Below are positions 22,908-33,285 of a stretch of 33,285 bases of DNA, in pieces (the stretch's first letter is position 1; the number at the start of each line of letters is the position of its first letter). Under the pieces are notes generated by a model. That model did no database searches. It was not told where the DNA came from and saw only the letters and a program-made list of their open reading frames with translations. The stretch spans positions 1 through 33,285 of the forward strand of contig JAUCBJ010006268.1 in the NCBI GenBank assembly GCA_032718475.1, written 5' to 3'. A program made the translations under genes and the position numbers. This DNA is from Nemertoderma westbladi. Lineage: Eukaryota > Animalia > Xenacoelomorpha.

Positions 22908-23459
22908 AGGGAATTACCGCGGAAGCTCGATATCCAGAGTGTGGTGAAAAACGACATAACGAAACGTCAATTTGTCGACATTGTGCAAGGATTTCTACTT
23001 CTTGAAAGTTCAGGAAAATTGAGGGATCGAAACGATAGATCGAGGTAAACGTGATTTGTCGATGGATTATTCGGAACAGCTCCAACTTAAGTTGAGACTA
23101 TTGGCTGGCCTTGTATTGGCGTACCGGCTTAGATTGCTACGAGAGTAGAGCGAAAGATATAAACTGCTACGCCCTTCTAAAATAAACGAAGTATAGGGCC
23201 TACTACAGTGGAATATTACTATGTTGCAAATTATGAAAGAATAATGTATAAAGAGTAATGTAATATTGGATTGCGGATGTACTGTACATCTGTATTATAG
23301 GGAAGGGACGGCTATCTACAATAGGCCTACAATTAATAGAGAAGTGAGAAAGGGGGATTTCAAGCATTAACATGATTTTCATCGACCAACAGGGTTTTCT
23401 ATAATACATAGTGAGGACCTTCAAATACTGTACGTAAGGGAAAGGGATGGGCAGCATTG

Positions 23460-23930
23460 AATAGGCTTTTGCAGGATTTGGAAGTCACACAAAATTCATC
23501 GGAAACTTAAGGTCCGATTATTTAGAGATTAGAGCAGCAGTAGTTCCAGTACTCTACTCCTCTATGGGAGTCCATGCTGGGCTCTAACTGATGAGGACAC
23601 CAAACCTCTGGATGGCATATTCACAAGAATGCTACGTCGGCTTTACTGGGCCAAGTACAATGCACACATCTGCAACCAGGAACTACAGCTGTATATAACA
23701 TTGGTGTATCATTGGTTCCCCCAAGCTTGACACTAGAAAGCCGCCTCCGATTTGCAGGAAATTGTTTTCGCCGTGCCAGCCAGCCTGTGCTTAATCTAGT
23801 GCTTTGGGAGCCTAAACATGATGGACAGCCCATGACTTTCAAGAGACGCCTCCCAAAGGAAACTGGCCTTGAAGATGAGGATAATCTCGCGAAAGTCAAG
23901 GGGGATAGGGAGTTGTGGCGGTGCAACTTT
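23460..23930 (+). mobile_element. Degenerate 3' end of an RTE-clade LINE
   Basis: Across frameshifts it reads RKLKVRLF, LLYGSPCWALT, LDGIFTRMLRRL, RLRFAGNCFR, LVLWEPKH, ETGL..DRELWR, which are typical RTE ORF C-terminal motifs. Confidence 0.85.
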
Positions 23931-24019
23931 GTTGATAAGCCAACATAGCATTCTTAATGCACGCTGCATTGGGCTTGCCAATTGTGGATTGCATGGTGGT
24001 GACAAAACGTTTTTGTTAA

Positions 24020-25000
24020 GGGGCCGTTCACATATCAGCTGACGCACCGAGGGGGGAGGGAGGGGTCAATGAGGGGTGTCATTAAAGTGTCATCAGGGGG
24101 GGAGAGGGGTATAGCCAAGGTGTCAGCTGATCTTTTATAAAATGTGCTTTTCATACCTTTCTTTCCTTTTTGGTTATTTTTTCTCAGTATAAACTCTGGT
24201 GTCAAATAAAGCAAGATGAGTTTGTCAGTATGCAACCAACATATTTTAGTAGTGCCATATGTCGGTACAGTACATAAGCAATATGTACCTTGTACCTAAC
24301 ATTACAAAATTGTCGAGATGGACTGTAGTGAATAAAACTTTGAAAATAATTGACTTAAATTTATTAAAGTTGTTACAATTAAATTGTAACTTTAATAAAT
24401 TTAAGGCAATTGAGTTTTAAGTGTAGGTACAAAACGTTTTCTTGTATTTTTAACACTAGAAGACCCATGGCGTCAAAAATAACGAAATCCAAATGTAGCC
24501 TCCTGCTATTTTGTTAGTATAAATAATACAGTTTAATTATTTAACGACTTTTGCAGTATAAATAGGCGATCGAGAAGGGTAGACATGGGCAATCCACAAT
24601 TTGGTATGTATATAGGTAAGTAATTAGGTATAAGTATTTATAAGTTTCTCTTCTCTGTTCTACCTTGTTGAGGCTGATGACGATGATTAAGTTTTGATGT
24701 ACTGTAATTGTAGTGTATAATACTGTTTGCATATTTAGTGTTTAATAAAGTTTTTATTTGTAAGTGTTTAATCAAGTTTTATTATGAATTACTCAGACTT
24801 TCAAAAGAATCAAGAAGTAATTAATCCTGAGAAGTACTGCCTTACGACATTGTAATTCTTTTTATCGCATTATATTAAAGCTGACGCGTCAGCATAGGGG
24901 GGGGGGAGGGTTCAAACCAAAGTGTCATCAAGGTGTCACACGAGGGGGAGAGGGGTCAAAAATGGCCTGAAAAAGTGTCAGCTGATTTGTGAACGCCCCC
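24020..25000. mobile_element. PIF/Harbinger-type MITE, 981 bp
   Basis: TIRs GGGGCCGTTCACATATCAGCTGAC and GTCAGCTGATTTGTGAACGCCCCC match at 22/24. TSD TAA is at 24017-24019 and 25001-25003. Subterminal GGGGGAGAGGGG repeats are present. Confidence 0.88.
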
Positions 25001-25097
25001 TAAGCCGGTATAGCATCTCAATGTGCAATTTCAATGACGCAGGCCGATTATAATACAGTAGTAGCAGTAGTACAGTAGAACTGTATAATACATAAGG

Positions 25098-25953
25098 TGA
25101 GGTGACCAGATTCACAGAGTGCCAAAGCGGGACGCTTTACCTTACGGTAAAGCGGGACTGAGCCCAGTTTGATCTGAAGAAAAGTCAGTTTATCACCCAG
25201 GTCAAAAAATATTTATGACTCGGGTGAAAAACGCGCCAGGAATGTGTCAGAACTCTGAACACATGTAGTTAGATTCCTTATAAATAATATCGAAAGCTAT
25301 CATTTTGATCCAGATTCTCTCTTGGCGATTAATATCTCGACCAATCTTAATAATCAATTAAGGGAAAGGATCAGGTTATAGTGGCATGTTATTCTAATCA
25401 AAACAATCACCGAAAGATTAAACATTTAAATATTTTTCACCCGGGTGAAAAACATTAAAAAATGTAAATAATAGGCCGCAATCAGCCACCGCACCATTCG
25501 GTTTGAACTGTCAAAGGCAACTGAAACAAATGAAGCTTGTTCGATATCATTAAACATAAGTTCATTAGTAAACGGTAATATGGAGTCAATCAAAATCGCT
25601 TCGCATTTCTTACGCGCACAGGAACTTAATCATGAAAAAGTAGGCCTACAACAATTATAATATACTGTATAAATGGTTTCAGTTTCGATTTCAGTCAGCC
25701 CGTACAGGTATTAGTGGTGGGTGAACTTAACAGCTGCAGTGCAGTGCGGCAGATCAGTCATTTCAAATTTCCATACCATAAGGTTTAGTTCAGTTTAGAG
25801 TTAAAATAATAATTTCAACATTACACTAGAAAAGCAGGATCGTTTCAGCCAAAGCGGGACAATCGGGCGTCCCGCCAGGCATCTCGGGGGACAGCGGGAC
25901 AGGGACTCCAAAGCGGGATTGCTCCGCCGAAAGCGGGACGTCTGGTCACCTTA
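25098..25953. mobile_element. hAT-type non-autonomous element, 856 bp
   Basis: TIRs TGAGGTGACCAGA and TCTGGTCACCTTA; 8-bp TSD ACATAAGG / ACATAAAG (7/8); multiple subterminal AGCGGGAC repeats at both ends. Confidence 0.85.
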
Positions 25954-26282
25954 ACATAAAGCCATGGATGAGTTTACCAAGGTGAAATAATTAATAAAGT
26001 TATGTTATGCGCGAAAATATAGGGGGCCTATGACATTTTAAACAGCAATGTGAACACAATTTCTCAGAGAGGAATTGGATCCGATTGCGCCATCAACCTC
26101 GTTGTGAATGTGAATGTAAACAAGCTAATGTAAGACTGACTAACTGTCTAATTAATTTGGGGCCCAGGATCACTATCACATCATATTATAAGAGCGAAAG
26201 TGTTAATAAACTCTTTTGTCGGCGGGAGCAGGATTACAAGCGAGCGCGTTTGAACCCAACCGCGAATATTGGAAGATATTCC

Positions 26283-26295
26283 GTCTCCTAGCAAC
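26283..26295. promoter_or_regulatory. Putative RFX X-box upstream of ANKMY1
   Basis: GTCTCCTAGCAAC fits the X-box pattern. It lies ~340 bp upstream of the ATG in a CpG-richer patch. Confidence 0.55.
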
Positions 26296-26636
26296 CATAA
26301 TCAACGTAGTGTTATGAGGGGAATATTGTATTGAAATAATAATTATATTTACATTGGATGTACTTCGATGAGCTTGATACATTTATGTGGTTATTAATTA
26401 TTATTTGCCTTTATCATTTGTATTTTTTCTATGTGCTGTTAATTCCAGTATTACCTTACAGTACAACGATCCATTATCAATCTCTCTTAAACCTACTGAA
26501 TATTATTTATTTAGCCTTTTTCTGGCGAGCCACGTATTGGAAGGTCGTCTTGTAGCAAGGTTGAAATTAATCGATTGCTAATCATACTATTACATTTGCA
26601 TACGGGATATTTATATATAATTAAGCTAGTTTAACA

Positions 26637-29600
26637 ATGTCGGCTGCAGTCGCTCACAAACAGTCGGTAGATCCGCCACTTACAGCCGCTATATTTACTC
26701 AATTAGTTGAAAATGCTTCCAAGAAAAGTTCCACGTCCCACGGCAATGGCGTTCCATCAAAGATGGGTCATTACAACTTGCCTAAGCTGACAACAGCGCA
26801 AAATAATCAGAAGATTCTAGAATACAAGGCGGGAGCTGTTTACGTGGGTGATATAGAGATCAACGCTAAAGAAGGACAGGGAGAGTTTGTGTGGAAGGAT
26901 GGCTCGTCGTACAAGGGGGAATACAAAAACAATTGCAGATACGGAAAGGGGAAACAAATATTCTCGGATGGGACCAGTTACCAAGGAGATTTCCAGAGTA
27001 ACATGAGACACGGGAGCGGAAAGGCTATCTATACCAACGGAGAAATCTTCACGGGTGAATTTTTCAAGGATCGCAAACACAGAAGAGGGACGTACTCATG
27101 GCCGAGTGGGCACGAATTCACGGGATCTTTCTACAAAGACAGACGCGATGGATACGGCAGGATGAGTTACCCAAACGGGGACACATTCCAAGGTCTTTAC
27201 CAATGGGACGAGCGTTTTGGACCCGGGGTCTATACCTACGCGGATGGGACGCAGGACGTGGGCTTGTGGTCTCGTAACAAGTTGATCGTGATAACCGCCA
27301 CATCGAACTCACGCGTGTCAATGGAGGAATTTCCGGATTTTGAATGGAGTTACCATAGGAGGTCTAATATATACATAGAGGAGCCTCAACTGACCAGGAG
27401 TCTCGTTGATATGGAAACAGCGTTGCCAAACTTGGAACTTTTCCCCTCTCAGTTTGGTCAGATTTCAAGAGTGCCTGTAGAAAGGTCTCTTCAAAATCTT
27501 GACCTTACCACAATGACCTACGATGAATGGGAATTTTACAATAATTTTTATCATGATAAGGTCTACACGAACATTCAAATGATATGTACAAACGAGACAC
27601 CTACACTGAGAGACATGGAGAGTCACCTGCTTAAGCATAGTTATGAACATAACAATTTAACATTTTCAGTCGAAAACATTCTTAATGGGAACAGGAGTGA
27701 ATTTAAAGAGAAGGGAATACTTGAGCTACAATCTGAGTCGGTTCTCCAAGCTGCTATAGATGGTGACGCGACTCTTGTCAAAAAAATACTTGACACGGGG
27801 AAGGTAAGTCCTAATGTTATGGATTGCCAAGGAAATACCCCATTGCTGTTAGCTGCTGTCCAGAATCATCATGATGTTATCAATGTACTTTTAGATGATG
27901 GCGCCGATGTGAATAGATTAAACAATGAAGGAATAACTCCTCTAACTGCCTGTTACCTGTATTATTACCCAGTATCATCATTCAAAACCAACTTGGCTGA
28001 AGATCACGTTAAAAGGGTTATCAGTATGAAAGAAAGTATAAATCAAGAAGGGTCTATAAAAAGCGCAACTGAATCCACTAATAAAGAGTCTGAGCAGATT
28101 GATAAGCACACGGTAGATAATATTCATACAGAAATGAACAGGGACACTGAGGGAGTGGATAAGGAGGTTGAAAACATGGAAGAAACCAATGATGTTTCTA
28201 AGGTTGATGTTGTGAATGAAATTCCAAGTCTAGAGGAGGATACGTATTTAAATGTTGATAACGTTGATCGGCTCATTGAAATGGAAAACCAAGACTTTGA
28301 TTCAAACAGATCTTTAGTGAACTACAAAATAAAAGTCACCCCTGATATGATTGAGCGCTCAGCCAATGCATTCTCGAACCAAACCCGACCAGGTGGGACA
28401 GGAAAATCCAAACAAACCCCCGAAGATGGTGCAGCGAGGAAACTCGCTCAAGCTAAAGCTAATAGAGCAGAACTCGAAGCAACCATACAAATGCTATTGA
28501 GACGTGGAGCCAGCCCAAACGTAACCAGCGTTCCTTTTCCACCACTGTTCTTTGCCGTCAAAGCTGCCGATGTGCAAGGTGTCCGAATTCTTCTTCTCCG
28601 CGGGGCCGATTGTTCATTGAGGCTATCAAGAGATCATCATCTCGGGATTATGGCCATCCATATCGCATCCACACTCCCTGGAGAAGACGGCATTAAGATT
28701 GTCGACTTACTCATGAAGGCTGGTGCATCTCCAAATTGCCCTTTGCACTATGAAGATGATGGAACTACAGACCCTGAGCTTGATGAGACTGACACTTCAA
28801 ATATAGATGAAGACCAAAAGGCAGCTCTCATCCAATTATCGGCAGGGAAAGATCCATTAGAAATAAAGGAAACAGGAAGGAGTCCACTCCACTTTGCATG
28901 TATGCGAGAAGATTCCTATGAAAATGCGGCCCTTGTAATTAATCTCCTGCTCTCCAATGGTGCCAATCCAAATGTTATAACCAAGGGAGATATTCCACTG
29001 ACATTAGCTATTATAAGTGGTAATGATGCAGCAATATCCCTCCTGTTAAATCGAGGAGCAAACACGAATATTAAGTTGGCATGGGGTCGAGGTTCCGCAT
29101 TATGTGTGGCTGTGAGCACAGAGTTTGAGGAGAAAAGAACGCCATCAGCAAGGATAGCCCTCCTAGACAATCTTGTGGATGCCCACGCCAATATATTGCT
29201 GCCAATCGAGTTTGGGTCCGGGGCTAAACGTGCAAGTGGAACTGCTGTTGACTACGCGTGGTACAAATATTTCCAGGACCGTCGGGTGGCGTATTTACCT
29301 TATCACGCCTTGACACCGGCCGAACGCGAAACCTTTAATGCGCGTCGAGAAATTCTCGAGCATTTAAGTGATATTTTCAGGGAATCGATTCTGCAACGCG
29401 AACACGAGCGCCTGGTAGCTGAAAGGGAAGTGAACATGCATGAAAGGACCAGATCACCAAGTCCGGGATTTCTGTTCAGAGGACACGGAGCCAACAGCCA
29501 GTTCGGAATCCTCCGTCCAAAGTCTGGGGAAGTCTCCACCAAACAAAGGGGCAAGTCTCCTCGCGCCATTGGTCGGGCTGGAATTATAGCAATTGATGCC

Positions 29601-30119
29601 TCGGATACAAATTTATCACCAGACGAAATAAAACGATTACTGAAGGATGGGAGGTCTAAGCGACGCACGCCTTTGTTCAAATATTGCTACGAATGCAGCA
29701 GGTCTGTTGGGATCCGGCTCAACTTGTGCACACGTTGTAAGGAGGTATATTTCTGCAGTAAAACCTGTAAAGTGAAAGCATGGAGTGACCGACACAAGGA
29801 AGAGTGCATAAGGCTAGCAGGGAAGTCAAAGAGTAGCACAGCACGACTGGATACTGCCACAGCCGCAACAGATGCCAGACTAAAGGGTGGTATCACGGTT
29901 GATGAGCTGTTAGGTGATGGTAAGGATAAACATCACAATAAAAGGTTGCAGCCTCCAGCACCGAAAGTGGTCGGCTTATTGGATGCGAAAAAGCCGCCAC
30001 AGGGCAAACTCAGACCAAAATGGGCGATAACCGACAGAAAAAACTGGGATGATGTTAATTACGCGAATATGACTTTGGAAGATGGTCGAATAATGACTGA
30101 AAATTATTCCTTTGAATAA
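26637..30119 (+). CDS. ANKMY1: Ankyrin repeat and MYND domain-containing protein 1 (MORN repeats + ankyrin repeats + MYND finger), 1160 aa, uninterrupted
   Basis: N-terminal MORN repeats (YxGxxxxxxRxGxG), several ankyrin repeats (GNTPLLLAA, GRSPLHFAC) and a C-terminal MYND finger (CYECSRSVGIRLNLCTRCKEVYFCSKTCKVKAWSDRHKEEC), in the ANKMY1 domain order. Confidence 0.93.
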   Translation: MSAAVAHKQSVDPPLTAAIFTQLVENASKKSSTSHGNGVPSKMGHYNLPKLTTAQNNQKILEYKAGAVYVGDIEINAKEGQGEFVWKDGSSYKGEYKNNCRYGKGKQIFSDGTSYQGDFQSNMRHGSGKAIYTNGEIFTGEFFKDRKHRRGTYSWPSGHEFTGSFYKDRRDGYGRMSYPNGDTFQGLYQWDERFGPGVYTYADGTQDVGLWSRNKLIVITATSNSRVSMEEFPDFEWSYHRRSNIYIEEPQLTRSLVDMETALPNLELFPSQFGQISRVPVERSLQNLDLTTMTYDEWEFYNNFYHDKVYTNIQMICTNETPTLRDMESHLLKHSYEHNNLTFSVENILNGNRSEFKEKGILELQSESVLQAAIDGDATLVKKILDTGKVSPNVMDCQGNTPLLLAAVQNHHDVINVLLDDGADVNRLNNEGITPLTACYLYYYPVSSFKTNLAEDHVKRVISMKESINQEGSIKSATESTNKESEQIDKHTVDNIHTEMNRDTEGVDKEVENMEETNDVSKVDVVNEIPSLEEDTYLNVDNVDRLIEMENQDFDSNRSLVNYKIKVTPDMIERSANAFSNQTRPGGTGKSKQTPEDGAARKLAQAKANRAELEATIQMLLRRGASPNVTSVPFPPLFFAVKAADVQGVRILLLRGADCSLRLSRDHHLGIMAIHIASTLPGEDGIKIVDLLMKAGASPNCPLHYEDDGTTDPELDETDTSNIDEDQKAALIQLSAGKDPLEIKETGRSPLHFACMREDSYENAALVINLLLSNGANPNVITKGDIPLTLAIISGNDAAISLLLNRGANTNIKLAWGRGSALCVAVSTEFEEKRTPSARIALLDNLVDAHANILLPIEFGSGAKRASGTAVDYAWYKYFQDRRVAYLPYHALTPAERETFNARREILEHLSDIFRESILQREHERLVAEREVNMHERTRSPSPGFLFRGHGANSQFGILRPKSGEVSTKQRGKSPRAIGRAGIIAIDASDTNLSPDEIKRLLKDGRSKRRTPLFKYCYECSRSVGIRLNLCTRCKEVYFCSKTCKVKAWSDRHKEECIRLAGKSKSSTARLDTATAATDARLKGGITVDELLGDGKDKHHNKRLQPPAPKVVGLLDAKKPPQGKLRPKWAITDRKNWDDVNYANMTLEDGRIMTENYSFE

Positions 30120-31860
30120 ATAAATCTCTAGTTAAGAACAATATAAACACAATTGTATCTGAATAATGGAGAAATAAAATGTGGTTGAAATTAATTAAAT
30201 AATAATGTAGAAAGAAGATTTATATATATTATATACAGTATATTGATATATTACCATTATATAAACATATTTCAATGAAGGATGCTAATTTCTGGCATTC
30301 ACAACGTTATGAAATATGTAAAACCCACAGACGGCCTACGTAGACAAATAAATCGTAAGGAACATAGTTGAGGACACGCCCTCGTTATTAATGCCTAGTG
30401 AAGTGTGATAATTACGATTGAACCAACTTTGTATATCATTCTCAATGTTTGGGAATTGCAAAAACATTCAGTTCTCGAACAAATATATCAATAAGGGTAT
30501 GTGTAAGACATTTTGACTGGGGGTGGGGGGAAAGCCCAACCCCCCCCCCCCCCCCCCCCTCGTCAATTCTCACCACGCCCCCCCTACCCCAACTAAAAAT
30601 TATAATTGAATTGTAGCTTGTTTAAGTTTTGGTATAAAGGGGTGAGACCAACGATGAGAGTGAATAAGCTGAAAATTTTTAAAAATTAACAGGAAAGTGT
30701 AGATAAATAAAACTAAGGAGAGGATTCGGTTTGGAAATATGGGGGTATTAGTCATACTGTAGTAGGTGTTATTGATGGCAAAAGTGTGGCCCATAATTAA
30801 TGGTATAAGCCGAATCTTTATACGTTAATGTGCATAAGTAGAAGGGAGACAGGAGCGAAACGAGGGGGAAATTATTTTAAAGATGTTGAGATCACATAAA
30901 GCGAACTTTTTTCTAATGATTTTACAGTTTACTATAATGATGGCAACCCACTGTAGTACTAAAATTATAATACACAGTAGGGAACTGATTTACAAGGAAA
31001 CATTTTTGCCTCTCCTTACCGATAGCTGAGAGTTTTCCCTGATATTAAACTCTAGTAAAAGAGAGAAAAGTAGCTGTTAGTTTTGTGTAACTGATTCAAT
31101 TACCCGAATTCCTATATCATACGTTTACAGTGTAGTTTATTCATGTTTCTAATACATTTACTGTTTTACCGTTATCAGTTCATTTATTTTTAAATTATTT
31201 TTGAGAAAGATAATCGGATATAGATTTACTTCGGCTTCCAGATTTTGTATGTTGGATACCAAAAGTACTAATATCCGGCCGGATATCCGGTGCATTGCGT
31301 CTTAAATTGGAAAACGTTATAAGTTAAACCTCCGATTTGAAAATAACCCCGAACTTTAGAATATGAAGACCTACCAAACTATTCCTTAATACGGCGCGCT
31401 TTAAAAATGAGGCACTTGACATAACCCAAGTTTGAATTGTAAGGATACCGTTTTAAATTATCTTAAATTAAATCATCTAGAAATATTGATACGCCCATTG
31501 TTTTTTGGCTAAAATAATTCGTATTACATGTAATATATAGTACTCGAAGCACACTCAGTGAATTTTGAATGGATCCTTTTCAAACTAATAAAGCATTCAT
31601 TCATAAGTTGCAAATCTTGCTGATTTGATCAAAATGTTGGCGAAATATGTTTTCTATCAGGGGATCTAGAGAGCCGTGCTCCGACACAAGATTAATATGG
31701 TTAATATTGATAAATAAGGTTAATTAATATGAAATAACGTAAAATCAATAAATTATTTGGTGACCTCAACTTAAAGGAAGTATATTAATTATATAAAACA
31801 ATTGCAAACAAAAATATAATATGAATAAACCAAGATAAAAGTATCTGGATTCCTTCTATC

Positions 31861-31915
31861 CAGGGATCGTACGGTACTACCGCTACCGCAAAAAGTAACT
31901 ACCGTACGATCCCTG
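31861..31915. mobile_element. 55-bp hAT-type mini-MITE
   Basis: Perfect 16-bp TIRs CAGGGATCGTACGGTA / TACCGTACGATCCCTG and a perfect 8-bp TSD CTTCTATC at 31853-31860 and 31916-31923. Confidence 0.93.
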
Positions 31916-31924
31916 CTTCTATCC

Positions 31925-33285
31925 TCACCCAATCCGTTTGAACACACTGTCTTTACTTTGAGTCGTTGTGGAAGAGGATTTATTGAGCTGAATAATCCCC
32001 GGTTTATTTCCCCCTAATTCTACTTTATTTCCTCCCACTTTATTTCCCCCAACTCTCACTTTATTTCCCTCGACAATCACTTTATTCCCCCCCGACGTGC
32101 TAGGAGCCGCGCTGTTTCCCCTCCGTATGGCCCGCTTCCGATCCACGGTGATGGTGAACTTCGGGGAATCCGCCAACCCGGGTTTCTTCTTCCCCGGGTC
32201 TCTCGTATGAACCCGTTTCAGTTGAACGCGACTGGGCCCGGGGACTCCGATCCTATCGGCGACGGGTTTCCGCTCGGGTTTCCCGCCCCCCAGACGGGTG
32301 AACACGCTCGCGGTGATCTCGCGTTCCGCCAGCACGTAGGTGGGCTCTGGGGCGGAGCCCAGCCGCTGTTTGATAGAGGGCGCGGCGATAACAGCCCGCG
32401 GGGCGCGGGACGGGTCCAGCACGCCGGCGTAGGCCAACGCGCCGGGTTCATCTACAAACTCGTCGCCAAAGTCGTCTGATTCATCGTCAAAGTCATCCTC
32501 AATGACGTCCTCAAAATCCACATCTAAGTTCCTAAGTTTGAAGACGACAGGCGGTTGAGCTGGCGTCTCCACGAAAGGGAGGCGCATTACCTTGGGTTCG
32601 CGTGGGCCCTCGGCCAATGGGAGGCCGGCGTTGGCCGACATTACCACGGTCCGTTTAGCGAGTGGGACTACGGTCTGCAGCGGGGCTTCCCGCGGTCTAC
32701 CAACGGGATCCGCTCGCGCCACGTTCACTTTCAGGTCGCCCGGTACCTTCCTCACGACCTGCTCCGTCTTTGTGCCGTTGGTTTCCCGACGCGCCGCTGT
32801 CTGACTCTGCGCGTTGAGCGCTCGCGAGAGAGTTCGCTCGGTAGCCGAACTGACAACGGGCTTCTGCGCAACAGGCTTCTTCACAGCGTTCGTTGTAACA
32901 GTAGTTTGTTTCGTAACACCGCCAGATTGTTTCGTCGCAGCGCCAGATGGTTTTAACACAACACCGGACTGTTTCGTGTTCGTCGCGCTAACAGGCTGTT
33001 TCGTCGCCCCACCAGACTCTTTCGTAACAACACCAGACTGTTTCGTCGCACCGCCAGACGGTTTCGTAACAACACCAGACTGTTTCGTCGTCCCACCGAC
33101 TGGTTTCGTTGCAGTGCCTGTTTGTTTCGCACTAGCGACGTTTTGTGCTTCGTACATAGCTTCCCCAGCCATCGAGGACACTTTCGTTGTGGTATCCTGA
33201 GCGTGCACCGCTTTGGCGTGTTTGGTTATCGCGATAATATCACCAATTGCAACTATACCCATGTCCTGGAGAATTTCTTTGTTTA
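31925..33285 (-). CDS. C19orf47: C19orf47-like protein (SAM-like N-terminal domain), 5'-truncated by the window edge
   Basis: The frame is open to the window end. NKEILQDMGIVAIGDIIAITKHAK resembles C19orf47 LNKEIMNELGVTVVGDIIAILKHAK, and the C-terminus SVFKRIG resembles SVFKRLG. Confidence 0.8.
   Translation of the reverse strand, partial: NKEILQDMGIVAIGDIIAITKHAKAVHAQDTTTKVSSMAGEAMYEAQNVASAKQTGTATKPVGGTTKQSGVVTKPSGGATKQSGVVTKESGGATKQPVSATNTKQSGVVLKPSGAATKQSGGVTKQTTVTTNAVKKPVAQKPVVSSATERTLSRALNAQSQTAARRETNGTKTEQVVRKVPGDLKVNVARADPVGRPREAPLQTVVPLAKRTVVMSANAGLPLAEGPREPKVMRLPFVETPAQPPVVFKLRNLDVDFEDVIEDDFDDESDDFGDEFVDEPGALAYAGVLDPSRAPRAVIAAPSIKQRLGSAPEPTYVLAEREITASVFTRLGGGKPERKPVADRIGVPGPSRVQLKRVHTRDPGKKKPGLADSPKFTITVDRKRAIRRGNSAAPSTSGGNKVIVEGNKVRVGGNKVGGNKVELGGNKPGIIQLNKSSSTTTQSKDSVFKRIG
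32903..33133 (-). repeat. Coding tandem repeat, 21-bp/7-aa unit (TKQSGVV / TKPSGGA), about 10 copies
   Basis: Visible in both the DNA (GTTTCGT..CACCAGAC) and the protein. Confidence 0.85.

Noticed and set aside
31215-31297. Possible hAT MITE end (CCGGATATCCGGTGCA)
   Set aside because: No matching opposite TIR or TSD was found.

Overview
Eukaryotic, AT-rich DNA, most likely from an invertebrate animal; there are no prokaryotic features. Six host genes are recognisable: the last three coding exons of a SPATA1-like gene (597-2068, +); an intronless calcineurin-B/CIB-type EF-hand gene with a large proline-rich insertion (4037-5221, +); a compact two-exon CaMKK (11227-16837, +, one 4.5 kb intron); an intronless two-finger C2H2 gene whose N-terminus resembles the N-terminal motif of GAF-type phosphodiesterases (20617-21762, -); a single-ORF ANKMY1 (26637-30119, +) with an upstream RFX X-box; and a C19orf47-like gene running off the right edge (-). 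Introns and intergenic DNA hold many transposon relics: LINE fragments (CR1/L2-group, RTE), hAT, PIF/Harbinger and Tc1-like non-autonomous elements with visible TIRs and TSDs, a 1 kb foldback, Helitron/Helentron-like pieces and a tRNA-derived SINE. The most unusual signals are a SINE with a twin-priming-type 5' inversion, a 10-copy amplification of a SPATA1 exon/intron junction, the two odd protein architectures, a CTCF-like site inside a MITE and a 55-bp hAT element just after a stop codon. All family calls come from recalled motifs, not database searches, and I see no clear new multi-gene system.
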